37,384 nt of DNA, taken from an uncultured Gemmatimonadales bacterium. Its GTDB lineage: Bacteria > Gemmatimonadota > Gemmatimonadetes > Palauibacterales > Palauibacteraceae. Each line of letters opens with the position of its first letter. The first letter of the stretch is position 1. Below are positions 9,473 through 18,918 of the stretch, in pieces. Made by a program: the position numbers and the translations under genes. Location: NCBI GenBank assembly GCA_963783385.1, contig CAWANJ010000005.1:1-37384 (forward strand), written 5' to 3'. The notes below the pieces were generated by a model. The model ran no database searches. It was not told where the DNA came from and was given only the letters and a program-made list of their open reading frames with translations.

Positions 9473-9502
9473 TAGGACGGATTCGGCGGCCGATGGGTTG
9501 TA
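9473..9502 (-). promoter_or_regulatory. ECF-sigma-type promoter TACAACC-N16-CGTCCTA for the S41 gene
   Basis: Same motif and spacing as at 9968 and 13131; 73 nt upstream of ATG 9399. Confidence 0.55.
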
Positions 9503-9633
9503 ACCGGCCGGCAGGCCGATCGTCGGCGCGGCGGGCCTTCCGGGCGTCCATGCGCGAAGCTCGGCTCCCCGCCGGGCCCAGGCCCGCGCCGGAAGCGACA
9601 GGCGGAGAAGCCGCGCCGGCTGGCGAGGCGCCG

Positions 9634-9890
9634 ATGAGCGCGCCCGGCGACCGACTCGTGCAGTACAGCTTCGGCGTGCTGCGCGCCGTCCCCCACCCCT
9701 ACACGGGCGAGGGGGTGGGCGTGGTCGTGCACTCGCGACCCGCCGACTATCTGGAGGTTCGCGTAGTCTCCGCCCCCGAGCGCTTCCACTGGCTCACCTC
9801 GCCCCGCTCGGACGTCCTCCAGTGCTCGGAGGTCCACGCCGGCATGAGTGCCGACCCGGCCCCGGAGCTGGAGCGCTCTTCCGGGCGCAC
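9634..9890 (+). pseudogene. DUF3037 family remnant with internal deletion
   Basis: YSFGVLRAVP..GE.VGVVV N-terminus joined directly to the ERFHWLTSPRSDVLQCSEVHAG..DP..EL C-terminus. The central helical part is missing and no HipA-like partner lies upstream. Confidence 0.65.
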
Positions 9891-9967
9891 GTCCATCCGC
9901 CCGGGGCCGCCGGCGGCTCCTGATCCTCCCGAAGCGCGCCACGTGATCCCCCGGGTCGCCCCCCGTC

Positions 9968-9997
9968 TGCAACCTTCCGGCGGCGGATGACGTCCAA
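9968..9997 (+). promoter_or_regulatory. ECF-sigma-type promoter TGCAACC-N16-CGTCCAA upstream of padR
   Basis: AAC at -35 and CGT at -10, with a 16-nt spacer; repeated elsewhere in the window. Confidence 0.6.
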
Positions 9998-10030
9998 GGT
10001 ATCGGACCGAATGTATACTGGCTGATACCT
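9997..10030. promoter_or_regulatory. Inverted repeat AGGTATCGG...CTGATACCT flanking TATACT; candidate PadR operator
   Basis: Arms 8/9 complementary, in an AT-rich patch 20 nt before the padR ATG. Confidence 0.45.
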
Positions 10031-10050
10031 AGTCGCCGGAGCCCTGCCCC

Positions 10051-10383
10051 ATGCCCGAGCTCAGCGCGCGAGCCTTCCAGATCCTGGTGTCCCTGGCCCC
10101 GGTACCGATGCACGGATACGCCATCCGGCAGGAGGTGGAGGCGCGGACGGACGGCGCCGTGCGCCTGTGGCCGGCCACGCTGTACGGCACGCTGGCGGAG
10201 CTGGCGGAGGACGGCCTGATCCAGGAGACGGCGAGCCCGGAGGGCCCGGACGACGATCCGCGCCGTCGCTACTACGCTCTCACCCCGGCGGGCCGTTCGG
10301 CGCTGCGGGCCGAGGCGGCGCGGCTCGAGGCCCTGGCGCGCCTGGCGCGCACTCGACTGGCGCTGGCGGAGGCGGGCGCGTGA
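10051..10383 (+). CDS. PadR family transcriptional regulator
   Basis: MHGYAI..EV, LWPATLYGTL..L...GLI, RRRYYALT..GR. Confidence 0.92.
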   Translation: MPELSARAFQILVSLAPVPMHGYAIRQEVEARTDGAVRLWPATLYGTLAELAEDGLIQETASPEGPDDDPRRRYYALTPAGRSALRAEAARLEALARLARTRLALAEAGA

Positions 10384-13098
10384 GCCGGCGTGGCGGCCGA
10401 TCCGGGGCCGTGCGGCTGGCGCGGGACGTCTACCGGCGGGCGTCGGTGCTGCTGCCGCGGGAGTTCCGGAACCGGTTCGGGGAGGAGCTGGAGGCGTGCT
10501 TCGCGGCCATCGCCCGGGACGCGCGCGACCGGCGGGGCCGCCTGGCGGTGGCCTGGGTGACGCTGCGCTCGGTGCTGGACCTGGTGGCGCGGGCGCCCCG
10601 GCAGCACCTGGCCGGCGCGCGGGCGGGCGCCCTGGGGAGCGGGAGCGGCAGCGGGTGGGGCGCCGGGTGGCGGGACGTGCGGCAGGCGGCGCGGCGCCTG
10701 CGTCGGCGTCCGTCGTTCACGGTGACCTCGGTGCTCACGCTCGGTCTCGGCATGGCGGCGGCGACGTCGGTGTTCAGCCTGGTGTACGGCGTCGTGCTGA
10801 GCCCCCTCCCCTACCCCGACCCGGGCCGGCTGGTGGTGGTGGATCACGGCGGCTCGGGGCTCGGGATCGACCACGGGCTCGGCGTGACCTACGGCTTCTA
10901 CCGCTTCTACCGGGAGCACGCGCGGCAGGCGCGAGGCCATGGCCCTGTACCACCAGACCGCGGTGAGCCTCTCGGGCCGCGGCGGGCCGCGCCGGGTGCA
11001 GACGACCGAAGCCACGCCGTCGCTGGAGAAGGTCCTGCGGGTCCAGCCGGAGCTGGGGCGCTGGTTCACGGCGGCCGAGGGCCGGCCGGGCGCCGCCCCG
11101 GTGGCGGTGCTCTCCCATTGGCTGTGGGAGGAGCGCTTCGGCGGCAGCCCGGACGTGCTGGGCCGCACCGTCCGGCTGGACGGACGGCCGTTCGACGTGG
11201 TGGGCGTGATGCCGGCGTCGTTCGCCTTCCCGAGTCCTGAAACGGCGGTATGGCTGCCCCGCGTGGTGCCGGCCACCGGGATCGGCGGCTGGAACGAGCA
11301 CGCGGTGGCCAGGCTCCGCCCCGGCGCCACGCCCGCGTCCTTCGGCCGCGAGCTGTCCGGGCTGCTCCCGCTCCTGCGCCGCGACAACGACGACCCCGCG
11401 CGCGTGACCGAGTACCTGGACCACGCCGGCATCCAGCCACGGATCGTGACGCTGAAGCAGAGCGTGGTCGGGGACGTGCAGTCCACGCTGTGGATCCTGC
11501 TCGGGACGGTGGGCCTGGTCCTCCTCATCGCGGTGGCCAACGTCGCCAACCTCTTCCTGGTGCGGGCCGAGGAGGGCGCCCGGGAGACGGCCGTGCGCGC
11601 GGCGATGGGCGCCACGCGGCTTCGGCTGGCGTGGGGCTACCTGGCGGAGACGCTGCTCCTCACGGGATCGGCGGGGATCGTGGGCGTGGGCGCCGCGGCC
11701 GCCGGCATCCGGATCCTCCGGCGAAGCGCGCCCGTCAACGTGCCGCGGCTGACCGAGGTGGGGATGGACCCGGTCGTGCTGGCCGTGGCGCTGGCCACCT
11801 GCCTGGCGGCGGCGGTGCTCCTGGGCGTCATCCCGACGCTCCGGTCGAGGCGCGACCTCTCGGCCACGCTCCGGGAGGGCGGCCGACGCGCCACATCCGG
11901 GAGGACGCGCCTGCGGGGCCGCAACCTCCTGGTGGCGACGCAGGTCGCGCTCGCCCTCGTGCTGCTCATCGGCTCCGGCCTGCTGTTCCGGACCTTCCGC
12001 AGCCTGCGGGCGGTGGACCTGGGGTTCACGACCCGGCAGGCGCTCACCTTCAAGATCGGGCTGCCGGAAGCCTCCTACCCGACCCGGGCGGACTTCCTCC
12101 GCTTCCACCGGGAGCTGGTCGGGCAGCTGGCGGCGGTGCCGGGCGTCGAGGCAGCGGGCGCCGTAGGGCACTGCCTGCCGCTGACGGAAGGGATGTGCTG
12201 GGGCGAGACCCTCCATGCCGAGGGGTTCCCGCGGCCGCAGGGCGAGGTGCCCCCGGTGACCGGCATGCGGCTGGCCACGCCCGGCTACTTCCGAACCATG
12301 GGTATTCCGGTGCGCGGCCGCGGCTTCCGCTCGGGCGACGGCGCCTCCGGGGGGCCGGTGGTGGTCCTCAGCCAGGCGGCCGCCCGGGCGTACTTCCCCG
12401 GCGTCGATGCCCTGGGCCGCCGGGTCCGGATCTCGGGCGACTCGGCGTGGTCCACCGTGGTGGGCATCGCCCGCGACGTGCGCTCGAAGGCCGAGACGGA
12501 CCAGTACGAGCGCGTGCTGTACCAGCCGATCGCCGCCGGCGCGCGCGGCGCCAAGGCGCGGCCCATGGCCTACGTCCTCCGCACCGCCGTGCCGCCAACC
12601 TCGCTCCTGCCGGCGGTCCGGCGCGCCGTGGCGGACCTCGACCCCTCCCTGCCGCTCGCCCAGGTGGAGACGCTGCGGAGCCGGATCGACCGGGCCACGG
12701 CGCCGACCGCCTTCGCGCTCACGCACATCGGTCTGGCCGCGGCCATCGCGCTCCTGCTGGGAGCCGTGGGCGTCTACGCCGTGGTGGCCTACGCCGTGAG
12801 CCAGCGCACCGTGGAGATCGGCGTGCGCCTCGCGCTCGGGGCCCGCCCCGCGGACGTGCTGCGGCTGGTGATGCGGCAGGGCGGCGCGGTGGTGGGAGCC
12901 GGGATCGCGGCCGGGCTGGTCGCGGCGGCGGCCCTCACCCGCCTGATGAGCGGGATGCTCTACGGCGTCCACCCGTTCGACCCCCTGAGCTACGCCGCCC
13001 TCACGGCGCTCATGCTCGGGGTGGCGGCCCTGGCGCTGTGGTTCCCGGCCCGCCGGGCCGCGCGCCTGGACCCGCTGGAGGCGCTCCGCTCGAACTGA
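10380..13098 (+). CDS. ADOP-type duplicated ABC permease (MacB/FtsX) with N-terminal prefix domain; frameshift near 10930
   Basis: GTGA overlap with padR. LLPREFR.RFGEEL prefix, LRRRPSFT..VLTLGLG, ANVANLFL, RTVEIGVRLALGA, PARRAARLDP. Confidence 0.88.
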
Positions 13099-13130
13099 GG
13101 ACGGCGGCGGGCCCGCCGCCAGCTCGCGGC

Positions 13131-13160
13131 TGCAACCTTTGCCCGGGAACCCTCATCCAA
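13131..13160 (+). promoter_or_regulatory. ECF-sigma-type promoter TGCAACC-N16-CATCCAA upstream of the second permease
   Basis: Both boxes near-identical to those at 9968..9997, with the same spacing. Confidence 0.6.
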
Positions 13161-13220
13161 GCTCCGTGACGGGCCCGCCCGGGGCGGGCCGTCGGGACGA
13201 CCCGCCGTGGAGCGACGCCG

Positions 13221-15632
13221 ATGGGAGAATGGAAGAGGGACTTCGGGCTGGCCTTCCGCATGCTGCGGCGCCGGCCCGGCTTCGCCGTTACGGTGCTGGC
13301 CACCCTGGCGCTCGGGATCGGGGCCAACACGGCCATCTTCGGCGTCTTCCGGACCGTCTTCCTCCAGCCCCTTCCCCTCCCCGACGCCGGTCGCCTCACC
13401 TTCGTGATGGAGAAGGGCGGCTTCGGGTGCTGCGGGCCCGCCTCGGGCCCCGACTACGAGGACTGGGTCCGGCGCCAGCGGGCCTTCTCCGGGATGGGGG
13501 TCATCTCGCCCCGCACCGTGACCCTCACCGGCTCGGGCCAGGCCGAGCGCGTCTACTCGACCGCGGCTTCGGCCAGCGTGTTCCGGCTCCTGGGCGTCTC
13601 GCCCCGACTGGGGCGCGCCATCACACCCTCCGATCAGGCCGCACCCTCGGTCGTCGTGCTGAGCTACGGGCTGTGGCAGAGCCGGTACGGCGGGCGGGCG
13701 GACGTGCTGGGCAGCACGCTCAAGGTCGACGGCAAGCCGTACACGATCGTCGGCGTCATGCCCCGGGGCTTCGACGTCCCCTCCCCGTGGTCGGTGACCA
13801 CCCGGCACCAGCTCTACACCCCGTTCGACGACGCCTGGCTGCAGGGGAGCCGCGGCAGCCACAGCTACCCCGTGCTGGCCCGCCTGGCGCCCGGCGCCAC
13901 CCTGGCCTCGGCCCAGGCGGACATGGACCGGATCATGGGAGACCTGGCGCGCGCCTACCCGTCCAGCAACGCCGACCGGGGCGCGAAGGTGTTCAGCGCC
14001 CACGACTACATCTTCGGGAACGCGGGCCGGGAGCTGGGCCTCATCCTGGGGGCCGGCGGGCTGGTCCTTCTCATCGCGTGCGGCAACGTGGCGGGGCTGC
14101 AGCTGGCCCGGGCCGCCGGCCGCGAGACGGAGCTGGCGGTGCGGAAGGCGCTAGGCGCGTCGCGGAGGCGGCTGGTGCGGCTCCTGTTCTCGGAGAGCCT
14201 GCTCATCGCGGCGCTCGGAGGGGCCGGAGGCATCCTGGTCTCCTTCCTTGCCGTCCGCGGCCTGCGGTCCCTGCTCCCCTCGACGCTGCCCCGGGTGGGC
14301 GAGGCGCACGTGGACGGTTGGGCCCTCCTGTTCGCGGTCGGCGCCGCCGCCGTCACGGCCGTGGCGTTCGGGATCGTCCCCGCCATCCTGGCCTCCAGGG
14401 GCGATCTGGCCGGCGGCCTCCGGGAGCGCGGCGCCACCACGGCGGTCCCCGGCCGGGAGCGCGTGCGGGACTACTTCATCATCGGCCAGATCGCACTGGG
14501 ACTGGTGCTGGCCAACGGGGCCGCCCTGCTGGTCCAGAGCTACGCGCACCTCCGGGGGCAGAAGCGGGGCTTCCATCCGGACCACGTCCTCACAGTGTCG
14601 GTGAAGCCGGCCGGCGACCGCTACCAGGACGCCGCGGCCGTGTCCGCCTACTACGACGAGGTCCGGCGGAGCGTGGGCGCCGTGCCCGGCGTCCAGGTGG
14701 TCGGCACCGTGAGCCGGCTGCCGCTCAACGGCGGCATGAACGGCACCGTGATCATCGAGGGCCGCCCCGCCCCGGCGACCCCCGAGCAGGGGCCGCTGGT
14801 CGAGGTGGCGAGCGTGTCGGGCGACTACTTCCGCGCCATGGGGATCCGGCTCCTGCGGGGCCGTAGCCTGCTGCCTTCCGACACCGCGTCCGGCGCCGTG
14901 AAGGTGGTGATCAACCGTCACTTCGCCGAGACCGAGTGGCCGGGAGAGAACCCCCTGGGCAAGCGGTTCAGCTTCAACACCCAGCCGCCGAACTGGCTCA
15001 CCGTGGTGGGCGTGGTGGACGACGTGCGCCAGTGGGGCCTCGAGCAACCCGTACTGCGCCAGGTCTACTTCCCGCTCACCTCGGGGTGGAGCAGCGCGCA
15101 CTACGTGGTCGCCCGGACCCGGGGCGACCCGGCGGCCCTGGCCGGCCCCGTGCGCAGGGCGATCGTGGGCGTGGACCCGAACCTGGCCCCGTCGGGCATG
15201 CAGTCGATGAGCGAGCGGGTCGACCGGGCGTTCGCCCAGCGCCGCTTCTACACCACCCTCATCGGCCTCTTCGCCCTGGCGGCCCTCCTCCTGGCCGGTG
15301 TGGGCGTGTATGGGACCATGTCCTACTACGTCACCCGCCGCCTGCGGGAACTCGGGATCCGCATGGCGCTCGGCGCCACCGCGCGGCGCGTGGTGGGCCT
15401 GGTCGTGGGTCGCGGCGCCCGGCTGGCGGCCTGGGGCGTGGGCATCGGCCTGGTCGGCGTGTGGATCTCCCGGTCCGTCCTCGACAAGCTCGTGTACGGG
15501 ATCTCGGACCTCGATCCCTGGACGATCGCGGCGGGGTGCGCCGTCCTGGCCGTGGTGGCGGTCGCGGCCTCCGCCCTCCCAGCCCGCCGGGCGGCGAGCC
15601 GCGCGCCGGTGGTGGCGCTGCGCACCGAGTAG
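13221..15632 (+). CDS. ADOP-type duplicated ABC permease (MacB/FtsX)
   Basis: LRRRPGFAV..LATLALGIGANTAIF, LLIACGNVA, RELGIRMALGA, PARRAA; 803 aa. Confidence 0.92.
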   Translation: MGEWKRDFGLAFRMLRRRPGFAVTVLATLALGIGANTAIFGVFRTVFLQPLPLPDAGRLTFVMEKGGFGCCGPASGPDYEDWVRRQRAFSGMGVISPRTVTLTGSGQAERVYSTAASASVFRLLGVSPRLGRAITPSDQAAPSVVVLSYGLWQSRYGGRADVLGSTLKVDGKPYTIVGVMPRGFDVPSPWSVTTRHQLYTPFDDAWLQGSRGSHSYPVLARLAPGATLASAQADMDRIMGDLARAYPSSNADRGAKVFSAHDYIFGNAGRELGLILGAGGLVLLIACGNVAGLQLARAAGRETELAVRKALGASRRRLVRLLFSESLLIAALGGAGGILVSFLAVRGLRSLLPSTLPRVGEAHVDGWALLFAVGAAAVTAVAFGIVPAILASRGDLAGGLRERGATTAVPGRERVRDYFIIGQIALGLVLANGAALLVQSYAHLRGQKRGFHPDHVLTVSVKPAGDRYQDAAAVSAYYDEVRRSVGAVPGVQVVGTVSRLPLNGGMNGTVIIEGRPAPATPEQGPLVEVASVSGDYFRAMGIRLLRGRSLLPSDTASGAVKVVINRHFAETEWPGENPLGKRFSFNTQPPNWLTVVGVVDDVRQWGLEQPVLRQVYFPLTSGWSSAHYVVARTRGDPAALAGPVRRAIVGVDPNLAPSGMQSMSERVDRAFAQRRFYTTLIGLFALAALLLAGVGVYGTMSYYVTRRLRELGIRMALGATARRVVGLVVGRGARLAAWGVGIGLVGVWISRSVLDKLVYGISDLDPWTIAAGCAVLAVVAVAASALPARRAASRAPVVALRTE

Positions 15633-15664
15633 GGGCCCCAATGTAGGCTCTCGCCATCATCCCC

Positions 15665-15689
15665 GGCTCGCCGGCCGAGCCGGCGAGCC
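15665..15689. repeat. Perfect 11-bp inverted repeat (hairpin without U-tract)
   Basis: GGCTCGCCGGC-CGA-GCCGGCGAGCC between the permease and the serine hydrolase. Confidence 0.5.
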
Positions 15690-15722
15690 CGACCCGCTCA
15701 CGACCCGAGACTCCTGGAGAAC

Positions 15723-16814
15723 ATGCGAATCGAGACACGTGTCGGCCCGCTCCTCTTGTTGACGTCGGTCACGCTGGCATGCGGGAACGCGGGCGAGGTC
15801 GGGCACGAGAGTCCAGGGAGGAAGCTGACCGAGAGGCTGGACGCGGCAATGCCGCGGCTCATGCGGACCTACCGCGTCCCCGGGGCCTCGGTCGCGGTCG
15901 TCGAGGGGGGGCGGATCGTGCTCTCGAAGGGCTGGGGCACCCTTCGAGCGGACTCCGGCCGGCCGGTGGGGCCGCGTACCGTGTTCGAAGCCGCCTCCCT
16001 CGGGAAGCCCGTCTTCGCCCTCGCGGTGATGACCCTGGTCGAGGAGGGCCGCCTGGACCTGGACGCCCCGGTCGGCCGGTACATGCCGAACGTCCCGCCC
16101 CGCCTGGCGGAGCTGACGGCCCGCGAGCTCCTGAGCCACTCCTCCGGGCTCCCCAACCACCCGGCGGACGGCGCGTCACTCGTGCCCGCGTTCGAACCGG
16201 GCACGGCATGGAGCTATTCCGGCTACGGCTACAACCTGCTGCAAGCGGTGGTCGAGAGCCTCACGAAGCGTCCGTTCGAGTCGTTCGTGCGCTCCCGGGT
16301 GTTCGAGCCCCTCGGGATGGACGAGAGCAGCTACGTGTGGCGCCCCGCGTATGATTCCCTGGCCGCCGTGGGCCACGACTCGGCGGGCCGACCCCGGCCC
16401 GTATGGAAGCCCGACAGCGCGGACGCGACCGTCGCCAGCAGCCTGCACACTTCGGCCCGTGACCTGGCGCGGTTCCTCGTCGCCATGCTGGCGGAAGGCC
16501 GTTCGGGCTCCCCCCTCGCCGACTCGGTCGCGCAGAGCATGCTACGGCCCCAGGTCGCCGTCGACTCCTCCCTGTCGATGTCGTGGGGACTGGGGTGGGC
16601 CCTGGAGCGCAGCGGCGACTCGACGTTCTTCTTCCACTGGGGCGCCGACCCCTACTTCCGCTCGTTCGAGATGGGATCGCGCCAGTCCGGCCGGGCCTTC
16701 GTGCTCCTCACCAACGGAAAGGAGGGACTGGAGATGGCCGGAGAGGTGGCGCGAATCGCAACCGGGCGGCGACATCCCATCTTCCGGTTCTACATGCTCC
16801 ATCCCACGGACTGA
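15723..16814 (+). CDS. Serine hydrolase, beta-lactamase class C/S12-like, probable lipoprotein
   Basis: TLAC lipobox-like signal, FEAASLGK (SxxK), LLSHSSG, WSYSGYGY, FHWG. Confidence 0.88.
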   Translation: MRIETRVGPLLLLTSVTLACGNAGEVGHESPGRKLTERLDAAMPRLMRTYRVPGASVAVVEGGRIVLSKGWGTLRADSGRPVGPRTVFEAASLGKPVFALAVMTLVEEGRLDLDAPVGRYMPNVPPRLAELTARELLSHSSGLPNHPADGASLVPAFEPGTAWSYSGYGYNLLQAVVESLTKRPFESFVRSRVFEPLGMDESSYVWRPAYDSLAAVGHDSAGRPRPVWKPDSADATVASSLHTSARDLARFLVAMLAEGRSGSPLADSVAQSMLRPQVAVDSSLSMSWGLGWALERSGDSTFFFHWGADPYFRSFEMGSRQSGRAFVLLTNGKEGLEMAGEVARIATGRRHPIFRFYMLHPTD

Positions 16815-16894
16815 CCAGGCGCCACCGTTCTCGCCGCGGCTCTCGTCAGCTCCGGCAGGATGCCCGCAGAACGCGAGTGAATCCCGGCCGCTGA

Positions 16895-17150
16895 TCGGTG
16901 GTGGCTCCTGATGACGCCGCCGGCTGCTGCAGGCAGCTCGCGTCCTTCCGGCTCCTCCGAACGGCAAGGTCGTCTTGCTCGAGTGCATCACCCTGTCCCG
17001 CGAAGAAGCAGGTCCCCACCTCTACGTACGGCACTTCTCGCCGGAACTCGCGCCCATGGAGAAGGACGCCATCGACCTCCACGTTGGCCCGCCAGGACGG
17101 GAACGTCGATACGCTCCGGGGGCGTTACCACAGGGTCGAGGCGCCAGAGC
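16895..17150 (+). pseudogene. DUF6265-like remnant, multiply frameshifted
   Basis: Pieces across frames read MTPPAA, LASFRLLR, NGKVVLLECITL and LYVRHFSPELAPMEKD; no intact start. Confidence 0.45.
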
Positions 17151-17315
17151 CGCCGCGTGCTGGATCGGGCCATGAGGAGCCACCCGGGGGCCGACCTCAC
17201 GCTCGAGGGCCTTAGCACAGCCCTGTGGCAGCGCGGCCTATCGTTCCACGATATCCTCGGATCCCGCGGGGATCGAGGTCGCATACGCCAGGGAACCTGA
17301 GCAGCCGAGGGTGAC

Positions 17316-18587
17316 ATGAAGTTGGCGAGGATCGGCATGCTGACGGGCCTCCTATGCGGGGTCTCGTCGGGGGTCCTTCTCTCCCGTCCGGCATCCGCCC
17401 AGGTGGACCAGGATCGCGCCGACGCCTATTTCCGCGAGGCGAACCGCCTCTGTGAGCGCGAGGCCGGACACCTCTGGGGCGTGTCCCTGTGCGGACCAAT
17501 GGTGTTCGCCGACCCACGCTCGCACACCATCGCGACCAACGAGCCAGCCCCCGACGCGGCGCGGCCCCGCGCGCTCGGCTACGCCAACGCGCCCATGGCG
17601 TGGGGCGGCAAGCGCTGGTCGGCCTACGTCTGGTCCATCATCCCCGATGAGCCGGCGGCCCGCGACCGGCTCCTGATCCACGAGCTCTTCCACCGAGTGC
17701 AGCCCGGGCTCGGGCTTCTCGTCTCGAACAGCCCCGGTGGGAACGATCATCTCGACACCCAGGAGGGGCGCTATTGGCTGCAGCTCGAGTGGCGCGCTCT
17801 GGCCGCGGCGCTCGGCTCCCGGGGCGAAGCGCGCGAGCGGGCGGTCCGCGACGCCCTGGCGTTCCGCCACGCCCGCCACGCCCGGTTTCCCGGGTCGGCC
17901 GAGACCGAGCGCATCAGCGAGATCAACGAGGGCCTCGCGCAGTACACGGCCACCGTCGTGGTGGCCGGCTCGGACAGCGCTGCGGCCACCAATGCCATCG
18001 AGCAGCTGCGTGAGGCACCGAAGAAGGAGAGCTTCGTCCGGACCTATGGCTACGCGACGGGCGCGGCCTACGGGATCCTCCTGGATGCGTGGGATCCGGG
18101 CTGGACCCGTCGCCTGACCGCGAACGACGACCTGGTGAAGCTGCTGGCCTCGCGGTCCGGCCTGGAACCGGCCGAGGACGTGGCGGCCGCGGCGCGGCGG
18201 TACGGCGGCCCGGAGCTCCGGATCCGGGAGAGGAAGCGTGCGGAGGAGCGAAAGGCCAGAATCGCCCGGCTGAAGCGACGCTTCGTGGACGGCCCCGTCC
18301 TCGTCCTTCCCCGCGGCCACGGCGCGTCGTTCGTGACCGCCGGCGTCACGCCGATCCCCGGCGCCGGAACGATCTTCCCGCACTACCGCGTCTCGGGCCC
18401 GTGGGGCAGCCTGGAGGCCGATCTCGTGCTCGTCTCCCCCGACCAGGCCCGCCTGACGGTGCCCGGGCCGGTGCAGCGAGATGGCCGGACCCTCTCCGGC
18501 GAGGGATGGACGGTGCACCTGGCCCCCGGCTGGAGCGTCGAGGCGGGGGAGCGGCACGGCGACCTGCGGGTGGTGCCCGAGCAGTAG
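17316..18587 (+). CDS. Secreted hypothetical protein with zinc-metallopeptidase signature
   Basis: Signal peptide ending ASA-Q; LIHELFHRVQ (HExxH) and downstream NEGLAQY. Confidence 0.75.
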   Translation: MKLARIGMLTGLLCGVSSGVLLSRPASAQVDQDRADAYFREANRLCEREAGHLWGVSLCGPMVFADPRSHTIATNEPAPDAARPRALGYANAPMAWGGKRWSAYVWSIIPDEPAARDRLLIHELFHRVQPGLGLLVSNSPGGNDHLDTQEGRYWLQLEWRALAAALGSRGEARERAVRDALAFRHARHARFPGSAETERISEINEGLAQYTATVVVAGSDSAAATNAIEQLREAPKKESFVRTYGYATGAAYGILLDAWDPGWTRRLTANDDLVKLLASRSGLEPAEDVAAAARRYGGPELRIRERKRAEERKARIARLKRRFVDGPVLVLPRGHGASFVTAGVTPIPGAGTIFPHYRVSGPWGSLEADLVLVSPDQARLTVPGPVQRDGRTLSGEGWTVHLAPGWSVEAGERHGDLRVVPEQ

Positions 18588-18918
18588 GTCGCCGCGTGGG
18601 GGGGTGTGCTCCCTCGCCGATCACCGATCGTCCAGGGAGGCGCGTTCCGTCCCAATGAAGGCGTCGGGGAGTCGAGGGGATCCGAAGCTCAGGGAGCCGC
18701 GTCACACCGGCTTCGGCCGTCGTCGGCCGCCGGCTGCGGAGAGGGCTTCCACCAGAAACCTCCACCACAGTGCGAGCGTTGCGCGGACACCAGACCCTGC
18801 TGGTCCTCGGGCAGACAATGCGCGGGGGGACGCGGGCGTGGCTCCGCGTACTCGCGAGGCCGGTCGGGGACAGGGCCTCCCGGAAGTCGGGGAGCGACAC
18901 ACCGCCGGGAGGAGTCCC

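Noticed and set aside
3814-15632. One RiPP cluster made of PAL, rSAM, peptidases and permeases
   Set aside because: Mixed orientations, separate promoters, exported enzymes and lineage-common genes; only the local rSAM module is kept as a hypothesis.
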